From assembly GCA_014905635.1 (NCBI GenBank), contig JABVCE010000039.1:62001-126000 (forward strand): a stretch of 64,000 bases of DNA, in the 5' to 3' direction. This document shows, piece by piece, positions 22,033 to 34,733 of the stretch (its first letter is position 1; each line of letters begins with the position of its first letter). The notes under the pieces are model-generated. The model was not told the origin of the DNA, searched no databases, and was given only the letters and a program-made list of their open reading frames with translations. The stretch is from Scenedesmus sp. PABB004. Taxonomy: Eukaryota. The translations under genes and the position numbers were made by a program.

Positions 22033-25000
22033 ATGGCCCGCGCGGCGCCCTGGGGCGGCCTTGCCGTCGCCCTGAGCCTGCTGGCGGCGGCCGCGAGCGC
22101 GGCGGCGGCCACGGTGCACGAGGCGCCCGTGGGCGGCCGCCTGGCGGCCGGCGGCGCCGGCCCCGCCACGGGCGGCGCGGCGCCGGCCGCCGCGACCATC
22201 CGGGCGTACCTGGGCCGCGTTGAGCCCGACGTGGCGGGCGCGTCGCTGAAGGTCGTCCGCGTCACGCCGAGCCTGTCCGGCGTCACCCACGTCGTGCAGG
22301 AGCAGCTCGGCCCCGACGGCGCGCGCATCGTCGGCGCCTACGCCAAGGCCGCGCTGCGGGACAACGGCGACCTGCTGCGCGTCGCGCACACGCTCGCGCC
22401 GACGGCGGAGGTCGCGGCCGCCGCGGCCGCGGCGCCCGCGGCGGCCGCGGCCGGCGGCGCCGGCGGCGAGGCGTCCGCGGTCGCCGCGGCGCTCGCCTAC
22501 CTGGGCCTGGCCGCCGACACGCCCTGGTGGAAGCCGCCCGTCGCGGAGCGCGTGTGGCTGCGCGTCGGGGCCAACGGCGCCGCCAGCGACGAGGGCGAGC
22601 TCGCCCCCGGGTTTGAGGTGCGCACGTGGACGGCGGCGACCAACCAGCTGCACTACACCTACGTCGCGCACGGCGCCGTCGTGGGCGACCGCTGCGCCAC
22701 GAGCGGCGACTCATACCGCGTGTACCGGTACAGCCCCATCCGCGGCGGCGCGCGCGTGGTCAAGGGCCCCGCCAAGACCGGCAACGGCCCCTCGCCCGAC
22801 GGCTGGCTCTCGCCCGGCAAGATGACCACCCAGGACATCAGCGGTGCGCCGCACGCGGCCCGCCCCGCCGGCGGCGCAGGGGCCGCCGCGTGCGGCTGGG
22901 ACGGCCGGCGGGGCGCAGCCGTGTGGTCGCTGGCGGCGTGCGTTCGCGGCGCGCGCCTCCTGAGCACGCCCGCCCCCGCCCCGGGCCCGGCCGCGCCACG
23001 CAGGCAACAACGTGCACGCCTATCTTGACACCAACGACGACGACGAGCCTGACACCGACCCGGCGCTCAACGCGACGGCCGTGGCCAACGGCGTGTTCAA
23101 CGCCGTCGCCACGCCCTCGAGCGGCAACCCCAACACCACCAACAACCGCAACGCCGCGGTGCAAAACCTCTTCTACCAGTGAGCCGCGGCGCGGCCGGGC
23201 AGTTGTGGGGGCAGCGGAGGCAGGGACGGCACGGGTCGGCGCCGGCGCGCCCGCCGCTATGCCCCGCCGCCCCGCGCCTCACGTCGCGCCGCTGCCAGGG
23301 TCAACCTCGCGCACGATGCCGCGTACCGCGCTGGCTTTGTGGAGGCGGCCGGCAACTTCCAGGATGACAACTACGGCCGCTTCGGCGCCGCCGGTGCGCG
23401 CGCAGCGGTGGCGCCGGCGCGCGCCGCACGCGTCGCGCTTGCGCAACTCGCTGGCCGGGCCGTGCGCAGGCGACGCTGTGGACGCCCAGGCCCAGGACGG
23501 CGGCGGCGTCAACAACGCCAACATGGCCACGCCCGGTGCGGCGCGGCGCGGCGCCGCTCCCGCTGCACGTTCTCCGTGCGGCCCCCCGAGCGGCCAGCGT
23601 GCCGGCTGCGTGACCGACACCGCCCCCCCCCCCCTGCCCTGCTCGCCGCCGTGCCGCAGACCAGGACGGCGAGGCGCCGCGCATGCAGATGTATCTGTTT
23701 AACATGGATCAAGGCGCCTATGCCGAGGCCGAGAACAAGACGTACTCCGGCTTTGGCGCCATGTTTGGCCCGCCGCTCACGGTCGCGGGGGTCACCGCAC
23801 GCGCCCGCCCGATCGTGTCGCTGCCCGTCAAGGGCGTTGACGGCAGCCCGGGCGAGGGCTGCACCGCCGCGGCGCCGCGCAGCCTGGTGGGCGTCATCGC
23901 GGTCGTCGCCCGCGGCAACTGCACGTTTGTCACCAAGGTGCGCCTGCGACGCTGCGAGGCGGCCTGCGGGGCGGGCCGGGAGGCGGGCGGGGCCGGGACG
24001 CGGCGAGCGCACTTACGCGTTTGCCCCCGCTCGGGCCGCAGGTGCTCAACGCGCAGGCGGCCGGCGCGGTGGGCGTGCTGGTCGTCAACTACGCCACCGG
24101 GGTGCGCGGCCGCTGCCACCGCGCACGGCAGCTGCCACCGCGCACGCGCGCCCGAGCACGCGCCCGCCGCGCTCACGTGCAGCGCCCGCCGCCGCGCGCT
24201 CGCGGCGAGGTCAGCCGCCAAGCAACGGGATGGCCGGTGCCACCAACGAGACCATCTCCATCCCCTCCCTGATTGTGGAATTTGAGTCTGGGGAGGCGCT
24301 GCGCGCCGCCGCCGCGCGCGACGCGCCGGTCAAGCTCGCAGTCACGCGGCCGCAGACGGGCCAGATTGACGGCTCCTTTGACAGCGACATCGTGCTGCAC
24401 GAATACGTGAGCCCCCCCCCCTCCACGCGGGCGGCCGGGCGCCGCGTAGCCGCGCGCGGGTGCTGGCCCTGCCACCGCGTGGCGGCGCGCACGCCAACCA
24501 CACATCGCGCACGCGTGCAGGCGCACGGCATCACCGCCCGCATGGTCGGCTACACGATTCGCCCGCCCACGGCCGGCTCGTTCAACGAGGGCGCGTCGGG
24601 TGCGCACGCGCGCGCGCGCGCGACCCCGCGCCACGACACGCCGCCGCTGCCCATCTCGTCGTCCGCGCTGCCGCGCATCACCCGCGCCGCCCACACCCCA
24701 CCGCGCCACGCCCGGTCACCGCGCCGCGCCGCAGACGTGTTTGCCTTCCTGCTCAACGGCGACGACCGCATGGCGCGCTATGCCAATGCAGCGCTGATCA
24801 TCGGCAGCGCCGTCAACGACGGTGACACACCGCCGCGACGCGCGCCGCGCCCCGTGCTGCCGCGTGCTGCTGTGCCGCCCGCCGACCCTGCCCCTGCCGC
24901 CCGTGCGGCTCTGCGCCCGCCAGGCATTCGGCGCTACCGTTACCGCGGCTACCCGCTCACGTACCGCAACCTCACCGGCATCAACACTGAGTGAGCGCGC

Positions 25001-25713
25001 TGCGCCCGCTGCGCCCGCGCCACGCCCACGCCCGCCGGCCGCGGCCCCGCACGACTGTGACCCCGCCGCGGCCCCTGCGCGCCAGGGTGCACAACGGCGG
25101 TGAGATCTATGCCGCCGCGATGTGGCGGCTCAAGGAGCTCTATGATGACGCCGGCCTCAGCACGACCGGCCCCAGCACAAACAACGTGCTGCTGCAGGAC
25201 TGGATCCAGGCGCGCACAGCGCGCGGGGACCGCGCAGCGCACGCCGCCTGCCAGTCCCTGCGCCGCGCGCTGCTGTTGGTTGTGCGTGCGGCTGCGCTGA
25301 CGCCCGGCCCCGCCCCGCCTCCTGCATGTCGACCTCCACCACCACCACCACCCCCACAGGGCCTGGCCTACATCGTGCGCGACCCTACGCTTGAGGACGC
25401 GCGCAACGGGCTGCTCGCGCACCTCAAGTATTACCACCCCGAGCGCGTCTGCCTCGCGTGGGCCGCGTTTGCCCAGTTTGGCATCGGCGTCGGCGCCAAG
25501 GCGGTCGACACGGCCGACGTGCGCTTTGATCCCAACAGAGACGACGCCAAGGACCTTATCTGGGTCATTGTGATTGGCGAGTCGTTCGCCCTGCCCGACG
25601 AGTGCGCGGGCGCGCGCGGCGCTGCGGCGCGCGCGGCGCCGGGGCCGCCGCCGGAGCCCAACGCCGTCACCTGGCCCGTGCTCGCTGCACGCGGCGTGGC
25701 CGAGACCGCGTGA
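22033..25713 (+). CDS. Secreted M36 (fungalysin-family) metalloprotease with FTP-like propeptide and PA domain, copy 1; about 11 introns
   Basis: Signal peptide; SPDGWL; SGNNVHAY; QNLFY; GFVEAAGNFQDDNYGR; AQDGGGVNNANMATP; PRMQMYL; PA domain (IAVVARGNCTFVTK/VLNAQAAGA); DGSFDSDIVLHEY/AHG; NEGAS/D; GIRRYRY; E/VHNGGEIYA; DARNGLL; WAAFAQFGIG. Confidence 0.92.
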
Positions 25714-26636
25714 GCCGCACTGCCTGCGCCCGCGTGGCTGTGCCTACGCGATGCGGGGCGGCCTGATTGGTTCAGTCGTTGGTCTCTCCCCGCACTGCGC
25801 AGTGCGAGCGCGCGAGCTTTCGCTGCGCAAGCACCGGCTGGCTTTTGTCATGGGTTTGGCGGCCCGGCGTAGCGATGCGGCTGGCATCGGGGGTCATCAT
25901 CATCATAGTTTTTTCCTTGCTTAATTCCTTTTCGACATTGATTCGTGTGTCGCTCCGAGTGCGCACTTGGAGCGGCGACTCGAAAGACTCGCCCCGTGGT
26001 GACGCGCAGGCGAGCGAGCTTGCGAGGCTCTCTGAGCTGAGTCTCTTGGCTGAGTCGGTTCGGCTGCTAGGGGCTGCGTTGGCCCACCGGCTCGCAACGG
26101 ATCCGTTGCTCCGGAGCTCGGTGCGTGCGGCGGGACGGGCGCGTGGTCGGTCGCGGCCGCTGCCGCTGGGGCCGTGTGGGGGTGTGTGTCAACGTAATGT
26201 GCACCTGGGCACCTGGATGCGCGCTTGCTGGACCGGGCCCGGCGGGCCGGCACGTCCAGCGGGTCTGGCAGTGTGCGCGCAGCGCGGCCGCCGCGGGTGC
26301 TGCAGCGCGCGCGCCGGTGACGCCGCCGCCAAGCGGCGCAGGGCGGCCGGCGCCCGCTGGGCCGGCCGCAGTGTGCTCCTGCCGCACCGACACAGCGTGT
26401 GCGCCGCTGCGAGCCGCGCGAAACGGCAGGCGGGCGGCGAACGGAGCTCGTTCGTCTGCCCTTCCGCATCAGTCTCGGCTGCTCCCTGCTGCTCCCTGCA
26501 CCTTGAAACTTGCTCCGGTGGTTCGCCGGCCCGAAACACTCCTCTCGACTCGGCGCAGCCCTCAAAGACCACCGCCCGCATCCGCCGGTAGAGGAACGCG
26601 GGCGCCCCGCGCGCCGTGTGCCGAGCCGAGCCAGAC

Positions 26637-29600
26637 ATGGCCCGCGCGGCGCCCTGGGGCGGCCTGGCCGTCGCCCTGAGCCTGCTGGCGGCGGCCGCGA
26701 GCGCGGCGGCGGCCACGGTGCACGAGGCGCCCGTGGGCGGCCGCCTGGCGGCCGGCGGCGCCGGCCCCGCCACGGGCGGCGCGGCGCCGGCCGCCGCGAC
26801 CATCCGGGCGTACCTGGGCCGCGTTGAGCCCGACGTGGCGGGCGCGTCGCTGAAGGTCGTCCGCGTCACGCCGAGCCTGTCCGGCGTCACCCACGTCGTG
26901 CAGGAGCAGCTCGGCCCCGACGGCGCGCGCATCGTCGGCGCCTACGCCAAGGCCGCGCTGCGGGACAACGGCGACCTGCTGCGCGTCGCGCACACGCTCG
27001 CGCCGACGGCGGAGGTCGCGGCCGCCGCGGCCGCGGCGCCCGCGGCGGCCGCGGCCGGCGGCGCCGGCGGCGAGGCGTCCGCGGTCGCCGCGGCGCTCGC
27101 CTACCTGGGCCTGGCCGCCGACACGCCCTGGTGGAAGCCGCCCGTCGCGGAGCGCGTGTGGCTGCGCGTCGGGGCCAACGGCGCCGCCAGCGACGAGGGC
27201 GAGCTCGCCCCCGGGTTTGAGGTGCGCACGTGGACGGCGGCGACCAACCAGCTGCACTACACCTACGTCGCGCACGGCGCCGTCGTGGGCGACCGCTGCG
27301 CCACGAGCGGCGACTCATACCGCGTGTACCGGTACAGCCCCATCCGCGGCGGCGCGCGCGTGGTCAAGGGCCCCGCCAAGACCGGCAACGGCCCCTCGCC
27401 CGACGGCTGGCTCTCGCCCGGCAAGATGACCACCCAGGACATCAGCGGTGCGCCGCACGCGGCCCGCCCCGCCGGGGGCGCAGGGGCCGCCGCGTGCGGC
27501 TGGGACGGCCGGCGGGGCGCAGCCGTGTGGTCGCTGGCGGCGTGCGTTCGCGGCGCGCGCCTCCTGAGCACGCCCGCCCCCGCCCCGGGCCCGGCCGCGC
27601 CACGCAGGCAACAACGTGCACGCCTATCTTGACACCAACGACGACGACGAGCCTGACACCGACCCGGCGCTCAACGCGACGGCCGTGGCCAACGGCGTGT
27701 TCAACGCCGTCGCCACGCCCTCGAGCGGCAACCCCAACACCACCAACAACCGCAACGCCGCGGTGCAAAACCTCTTCTACCAGTGAGCCGCGGCGCGGCC
27801 GGGCAGTTGTGGGGGCAGCGGAGGCAGGGACGGCACGGGTCGGCGCCGGCGCGCCCGCCGCTATGCCCCGCCGCCCCGCGCCTCACGTCGCGCCGCTGCC
27901 AGGGTCAACCTCGCGCACGATGCCGCGTACCGCGCTGGCTTTGTGGAGGCGGCCGGCAACTTCCAGGATGACAACTACGGCCGCTTCGGCGCCGCCGGTG
28001 CGCGCGCAGCGGTGGCGCCGGCGCGCGCCGCACGCGTCGCGCTTGCGCAACTCGCTGGCCGGGCCGTGCGCAGGCGACGCTGTGGACGCCCAGGCCCAGG
28101 ACGGCGGCGGCGTCAACAACGCCAACATGGCCACGCCCGGTGCGGCGCGGCGCGGCGCCGCTCCCGCTGCACGTTCTCCGTGCGGGCCCCAGCGGCCAGC
28201 GTGCCGGCTGCGCGGCCGACACCGCTGTCCGCCCGCCGTGCTCGCCGCCGTGCCGCAGACCAGGACGGCGAGGCGCCGCGCATGCAGATGTACCTGTGGA
28301 ACTTGGATCAGGGCCCCTATGCCGAGGCCGAGGGCAAGCAGTACTTTGGTGCCACTGCGCAGTTTGGCCCGCGGCTCACGGTTGCGGGGGTCACCGCACG
28401 CGCCCGCCCGATCGTGGCGCTGCCCGTCAAGGGCGTTGACGGCAGCCCGGGCGAGGGCTGCACCGCCGCGGCGCCGCGCAGCCTGGTGGGCGTCATCGCG
28501 GTCGTCGCCCGCGGCAACTGCACGTTTGTCACCAAGGTGCGCCTGCGACGCTGCGAGGCGGCCTGCGGGGCGGGAGGCGGGCGGGGCCTGGGCGCGGCGA
28601 GCGCACTGACGCGTGTGCTGCCGCGCGGGCCGCAGGTGCTCAACGCGCAGGCGGCCGGCGCGGTGGGCATGCTGGTCACCAACTACGCCGACACGGTGCG
28701 CCGCAGAGGCCGCTGACGCCAAGCGCCGCCCGCCGCGCGTGCCGCGCCCGCCGCGCCCGCCGCGCCCGCTGTGCTCACGCGCAGCGCCGCCGCCCCGCGC
28801 TCTCGGCGAGGTCAGACGACCGGGAGCATGACCGGTGCCACCAACGAGACGGTCTCCATCCCCTCCCTGATTGTGCCGTTTGAGTCTGGGGAAGCGCTGC
28901 GCGCCGCCGCCGCGCGCGACGCGCCGGTCAAGCTCGCAGCCACGCGGCCGCCGACGGGCCAAATTGACGGCTCCTTTGACAGCGACATTGTGTTGCACGA
29001 ATACGTGAGCCCCTCGCGCGGGCCGCCCGGCGCTGTGTGACTGCGCGGGTGCTGGCCCTGCCACCGCGCGCCGCGCGCTGCCGCCGACCGCCGACCGCCG
29101 GCCGCCGCGTGCAGGCGCATGGCATCACGTACCGCATGGTCGGTTTCACGCTCAGCCCGCCCACGGCCGGCTCCTTCGGCGAGGGCGCGTCGGGTGCGTG
29201 CGCCCGCACGGCCGCCGCCTCTGCCCGGCTCGCCGCCCACGCCCGCCGCGCCGCCGCCCACGCCTCCCTGCTGCGTCACACTCCACCGCAGATACCTTTG
29301 CCTTCCTGCTCAACGGCGACGACCGCATGGCGCGCTATGCCAAAACCGCGCTGGTCATCGGCAGCGCCGTCAACAACGGTGACACACCGCCGCGCGCCGC
29401 GCCGCGCCGCGCCCCGTGCTGTCGCGTGCTGCTGTGCCGCCCGCCGACCCTGCCCCCTGCCGCCCGTGCGGCTCTGCGCCCGCCAGGTATTCGGCGCTAC
29501 CGTTACCGCGGCTACCCGCTCACGTACCGCAACCTCACCGGCATCAACACCGAGTGAGCGCGCTGCGCCCGCTGCGCCCGCTGCGCCCGCGCCACGCCCA

Positions 29601-30297
29601 CGCCCGCCGGCCGCGGCCCCGCCTCGCCCACGCCCGCTCAATCGAGACCCCGCCGCGGCCCCGCGCCAGGGTGCACAACGGCGGTGAGATCTATGCCGCC
29701 GCGATGTGGCGGCTCAAGGAGCTCTATGATGACGCCGGCCTCAGCACGACCGGCCCCAGCACAAACAACGTGCTGCTGCAGGACTGGATCCAGGCGCGCA
29801 CAGCGCGCGGGGACCGCGCAGCGCACGCCGCCTGCCAGTCCCTGCGCCGCGCGCTGCTGTTAGTTGTGCGTGCGGCTGCGCTGACGCCCGGCCCCGCCCC
29901 GCCTCTTGCATGCCGACCTCCACCACCACCACCGCACCCGCAGGGCCTGGCCTACATCGTGCGCGACCCTACGCTTGAGGACGCGCGTGACGGGCTGCTC
30001 GCGCACCTCAAGTTTTCCCACCCCGAGCGCACCTGCCTCGCATGGGCCGCGTTTGCCCAGTTTGGCATCGGCGTCGGCGCCAAGGCGGTCGACGCGCTCG
30101 ACGCGCGCTATGACCCCAACAGCGCCGACCTTGCGAACCCTATCTGGGTCACCACGGTCGCCGAGTCGTTCGCCCTCCCTGACGAGTGCACGGGCGCGCG
30201 CGGCGCCGCGGCGCGCGCGGCGCCGGGGCCGCCGCCGGAGCCCAACGCCGTCACCTTGGACACGCTTGCCACGCGCGGCGCGACCGGGACCGCGTGA
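26637..30297 (+). CDS. Secreted M36 (fungalysin-family) metalloprotease, copy 2
   Basis: Same exon structure and motifs as copy 1 (HEY/AHG, GEGAS/D, VHNGGE); offset about 4.6 kb. Confidence 0.92.
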
Positions 30298-31084
30298 GCC
30301 CGCACCGCCGCCGCGCCCGCGTTGCTGCGCCCACGCTGCGCGGGGCGGCCTGATTGGTTCTGCCATTGGTCTCTCCCCGCACTGCGAGCGCGCCAGCTTT
30401 CGCTGCGCAAGCACCGGCTTCTGGGCGGCGCGCTGCTGGACCTCACACCACGCACTTGCTGTGCGACCTGATGGCGCATCGCCTTGCCGGTCAATCGATC
30501 TGCGCGATGACTGGCTCCACGCCCACCCAGCCCCAAGCGTGCACCGCTGGTTCTCCCTTCACTACGCGCGCTATTGCGATGCACCGTCTGGCTTTCGAAC
30601 CACCGGCTGGGGGCTCATCATAGTTTTTGCTACTGCGACATTGATTCATGTGTCGCTGGCACTAGAAGCGACGGCGGCTGCGGCGCGTGCGGCAGGACGG
30701 GCGAGTGGTGGTGGGCGCGCCGCCGCTGCCGCCGTCTCGACGGGCTTGTGTGGGTGGGTGTATCTCGATGAACCGTGCACCTCGGAGCGGCTGCCACGCC
30801 GTGCCCGGCGGCTGCGGCGGAGTCAGCGGTGAGACGATCGGCGCTTCGCAGCCCGGCCGCGAAAGCGCTCGCCGTGCCGCGATCGCGCGTGATCATCGCA
30901 CTGGGGACCCGGGGCCATCGCGCCCGCCGCCCGCCCGGCGCGGGCTGAGCGGGAGGGCTTGCAGGACGCAGAGCCCTCTCCGCAGGTGCGCCAGCGGCCC
31001 TGTGCGGGCGCCGCGCGCCGCCCCGCACTCTCCCCCCACTCCCCCGGCACTCCACCCGCCCTCCGCTCCCCGCCAGAGGTCAAG

Positions 31085-32142
31085 ATGCGGCCCGCCGTGC
31101 TCGCCGTGCTCATGCTGGCCTCCGCGGCCGTGGCCCGCGCGCAGATGGGCGGCAACGTCGCCACGTGAGTGACATGAACTCGGGGGCATGATCGCGGTGG
31201 CGGCCGGGCCCCGGCGTGGCTTTGTTCGGCGCGTGTCGGGGCGATGCCCGCCGCATCCCGCCGCGCTGGCGCCGGCGCGCGGCGGCCCGGCGACCCCGTG
31301 CCACTGGCGCATTGACCGCCGTCAGTGCCCGGGAACCCCCTTCCGCGCGATCAGACCGCGCGGGTGGCCAGGGGGCGTGATCGGTGCTGCTCTCCTTTGC
31401 TGCGGCGCGAGCGTGCCCCCGCCGATGCTGCGTCCGCCGATCGTCGGGGTCTGACGCCGCCGCCGCGCCGCAACCACCAGGATCACCATCGAGTTTGACA
31501 ACCGCGGCAGCAAGGTCATGGACAAGAACACCAACGCCAAGGTCATCAAGGCCCTCGCCGACAACGTCTTCCTCACCGCCACCCCGACCCAGGTCGAGAT
31601 GGCCGGTGCGTGCCGCGCGGCGCGGCGCGGCGCGGCGCGGCGCGGCGCGGCACGGTCGGGCCACCGCGCGGCGCGCCACCGCGTGGCGCGGCGCGGCCGG
31701 GCCGCCGCACGATGCGGCGCGCCGGCACGACCCCCGCCGCCGCCGCGCGGCCGCAGGCGGCATCGGCCAGAGCAGCCTGCTGAACCACCGCTCGACGGTC
31801 GTCTACACCGCTGTGGGCGCGACGCGCAACGGCAAGAGCGTGCTCGCCAACTGCCAGGCCGCGGTCAAGTCGGGCTGGTTCAGCGGCTCCACGGTCGAGA
31901 AGGCCCTCAAGAAGGCCACGGGTGCGTGCAGCGGGGGCGCCGCGGGGCGCAGGGCGCTGGCAGCGTGGCGCCTGCCGGCCCGCGGCGCCGGCTCGCTCGC
32001 CGCGGGCGCCGCCTGGCTCCGTCTCACCGTCTGAGCGCCGCGCGCGCGCCGCGCAGACACGTGGATGCCCGGGGACAGCGTGAAGGTGAAGAAGGCTGTC
32101 TGCCAGGCGCCCGTGGCCGGCCGCAAGCTCCTGGCGGCGTGA
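31085..32142 (+). CDS. Small uncharacterised secreted protein (about 150 aa); 3 introns
   Basis: MRPAVLAVLMLASAAVARAQ signal peptide; exons ITIEFDNRGSKV.., GGIGQSSLLNHRSTVVY.., TWMPGDSVKVKKAVCQAPVAGRKLLAA*; strong GC3 codon bias. Confidence 0.8.
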
Positions 32143-32698
32143 GCGCGCGCGGCGGCGCGACACGCGCCCTGCTGCGCGCACGGGGCGCCCAGCCTTGAGC
32201 ACTGAGCCCTGCGCAACCTACTGCTGCACCACAAGCTGCATCATTTCATGTATTTACCCGCGCGGCCGCGCATTCCTCGGGAACGGCGGGCGGCGCGGCG
32301 GACCTGTGGTGGGGGCGTGCGCGCGGCGCGGCGCGCGGCACGAGCGAGGCGTGACGACGACGTGCGCTCTCAGTAACACCGGGAGAGCCCAGTCTTCCGC
32401 TGATGCCACGGGGGCCGCGCCGGGTGCACAGGCGCACGCAGGCGCCCCGGGCGCCGCGCGGGCGCCGCGCCCGCGTCGGCCGCCTTGAACCCCGCGGCGC
32501 TCGATGCAGACCGCGGCGCAGGACGGAGCAGCGGGCCGACCGCGCCACACCAACAGCCGGACCCTCTGGGGGCCGCCTGGCCACACGCGCGGCGCACGTC
32601 GCTCGTTTTTGCTGCTGCTGCTGCTGCGGCCGGCGCGCTGCGATCGCCGCCGCGAGTGAGCGGCAGCGCCCCGTGATCTCGAGGCAGCAGCGGACGAG

Positions 32699-33850
32699 AT
32701 GCACGGCCGGCCGCGCGAGTTCAAGCACAAGCTCAAGGAGCCCGCAGCGGCGGCGGCGTACGCCAAAAAGGTGCGAGCGCTGCCGCTGAGAGCGTTCCCG
32801 GGCCCGCTGCTGTGCAGCCGGGCCCGCGCACGGGCGAAGGGGCCGCAGCGGGAGCCGCGCGGGGCCCCGCCGACCCGCCGGCGCTGCTCGCGCGTCGCCG
32901 CCGCGCTGCGCCAGGTCGCGGCCATCAAGCAGGGCACCGCGCTGGTCCTGGAGTGCCGCCGGGCGCGCCGCTACGACGAGGCGGCGCTGAAGGCGTCGGA
33001 GAAGCTGCTGCGCGTCGTGCCGGAGGTGCGGCGCGCGCGGCGGCAGCAGCATGCGTCCCGCGGGCGCTCACATCCCCGCCCGCGCCGCCGGCCCGACTCG
33101 CGCCCGCCCCCCGCGCGCGCCCGCCGCCTGTGCCGCCGGCGGGGGTGCTAGATCTACACGGTGTGGAACTACCGTCGCGAGGCGCTGGCGCCCGCGTTTG
33201 CCGCCGGCGGCGACGGCGCGCGGCGCGCGAGCGACGGCGAGCTGTCGCTCACGGCGGCGTGCCTCGCTGAGAACCCCAAGTCCTACGCGACGTGGCACCA
33301 CCGCAAGTGGGTCGTCGGCCAGGGCCACGCCGACCTGCAGCGCGAGCTCGCGCTCGTCGGCAGGTGGGCGCGCAGCGCGCGGCGGCCCGCCGCGGGCGGG
33401 CGCCGCGGGCGGGCGCCGGGGGCGCGGTGCCGCCTGCACGCACGCGCCCACGCGCGTCGCCGCGCCGCGCCCGCCACGCCCCCGCCACAGCGCGCTGGCC
33501 GTGGACGGCCGCAACTTCCACGCCTGGGCATACCGCCAGTTTGTGGCCGCCGCGCTGCGCCTGCCGGCCGAGGAGGAGCTGGGGTACGCCGGCTCCCTCA
33601 TCGCCGCCGACTTTTCAAACTACTCCGCCTGGCACTACCGCACGCTGCTGCTGCCGCGCCTGCACAACGACGAGCTGCGCACGGGTGCGGCCGCGGCGCG
33701 GCCGCGGCGCGGGCGCGGTGCGGGCGCGGCGCGCCGACCGCTGCCCGGTCGCCGCCGCGGCCGCTGCGGCGGCGCCCGTGCAGTGACGTTTGAGGAGCTG
33801 ATGGCGAGCAGCAGCGAGCAGCCGCGGCAGCCGCCGCCGCCGCCGCCGCC

Positions 33851-33882
<32 letters not shown>

Positions 33883-34733
33883 TGCCGCAGCCGGCGGGGC
33901 CGGGCGGCTTTGCGGGCAGCGCCAGCCAGGTCGCGCCCATCCCGCTGCACGCGCTGGACCAGGAGTACGACCTGGTGCACCAGGTGGGCCGCCGCGGAGC
34001 CCAGCTGCAGCCGAAACCAAAGCCCTGGGGCGCACGCGCCGCCAGCCCGCCCTGCCCTGAGAGCCCCGGGGCACGCGCACGGCGCGCCGGTGCCAGCGGC
34101 GCCACGCGCGCCGCCGCCGGCTCGCCGCGGCGCAGGCGTTTGCGACCGACTCTGCGGACCAGAGCCCCTGGATCTACTACCGCTGGCTGCTCGGCAACAG
34201 CCTGGCGCACGCCGAGCGCGCGCAGGCGGATGCCGACGCGGCGGCCGCGCGCGAGCGGGCGCGCGCGGGCGCGGGCGACGGCGCGAGCGACGGCGATGGC
34301 GGCGGTGGCCTGCCGCTGGCGCAGGCGCAGCAGCGCCTGGAGGAGGCGCGCGCGGTGCTCGGGGAGGTGCGGCGGGCGCGCGCGCGTGCGCGCGACCGCG
34401 TGAGGCGGGGCGCGGGGCTGCGGCGGCCCCGCCGGGCCGGCGTCCCACGCGGCCGCGCCGCAGGTGCTGGCGCGCGAGGTCTCGCGCTTCGCGGAGCACC
34501 TCGCGCTGGAGCCGGGCGCCAAGTGGCCGCTACTCATGACGGCGCGCCTCAAGGAGGCGCAGGCGCGCCTCAGGCTCGGCGAGGCCGCCGGCGCGGCGCG
34601 CGACGCGCTCGCGGCCGAGGCGCGCGCGCTCTACGCGCGGCTCGCGGATCTGGACCCGCTGCGCGCCGGCTACTACGCCGACGCGGCGGCGGGCAAGGCG
34701 TTTGTCGTCGTGGCGGCGCTCGGCAGCGCGTGA
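32699..34733 (+). CDS. RABGGTA: Rab geranylgeranyltransferase (type II) alpha subunit; about 6 introns
   Basis: MHGRPR start; YTVWNYRRE; NPKSYATWHHRKW; DGRNFHAWAYR; FSNYSAWHYR; DQSPWIYYRWL; DPLRAGYY. Confidence 0.93.

Larger units (their letters stand above)
21700..30760 (+). repeat. Direct tandem duplication, unit about 4.6 kb, covering the M36 gene and its flanks
   Basis: 22033-23580 is nearly identical to 26637-28185; flanks are homologous (about 21705-21801 vs 26316-26411, and about 25750-26190 vs 30340-30760). Confidence 0.95.

Noticed and set aside
30600..30660. ATGATGA (minus strand) and a short GCGACA/TGTCGC stem in the M36 3' flank
   Set aside because: No D box at a suitable distance and no rRNA-complementary guide; probably ordinary 3' UTR sequence
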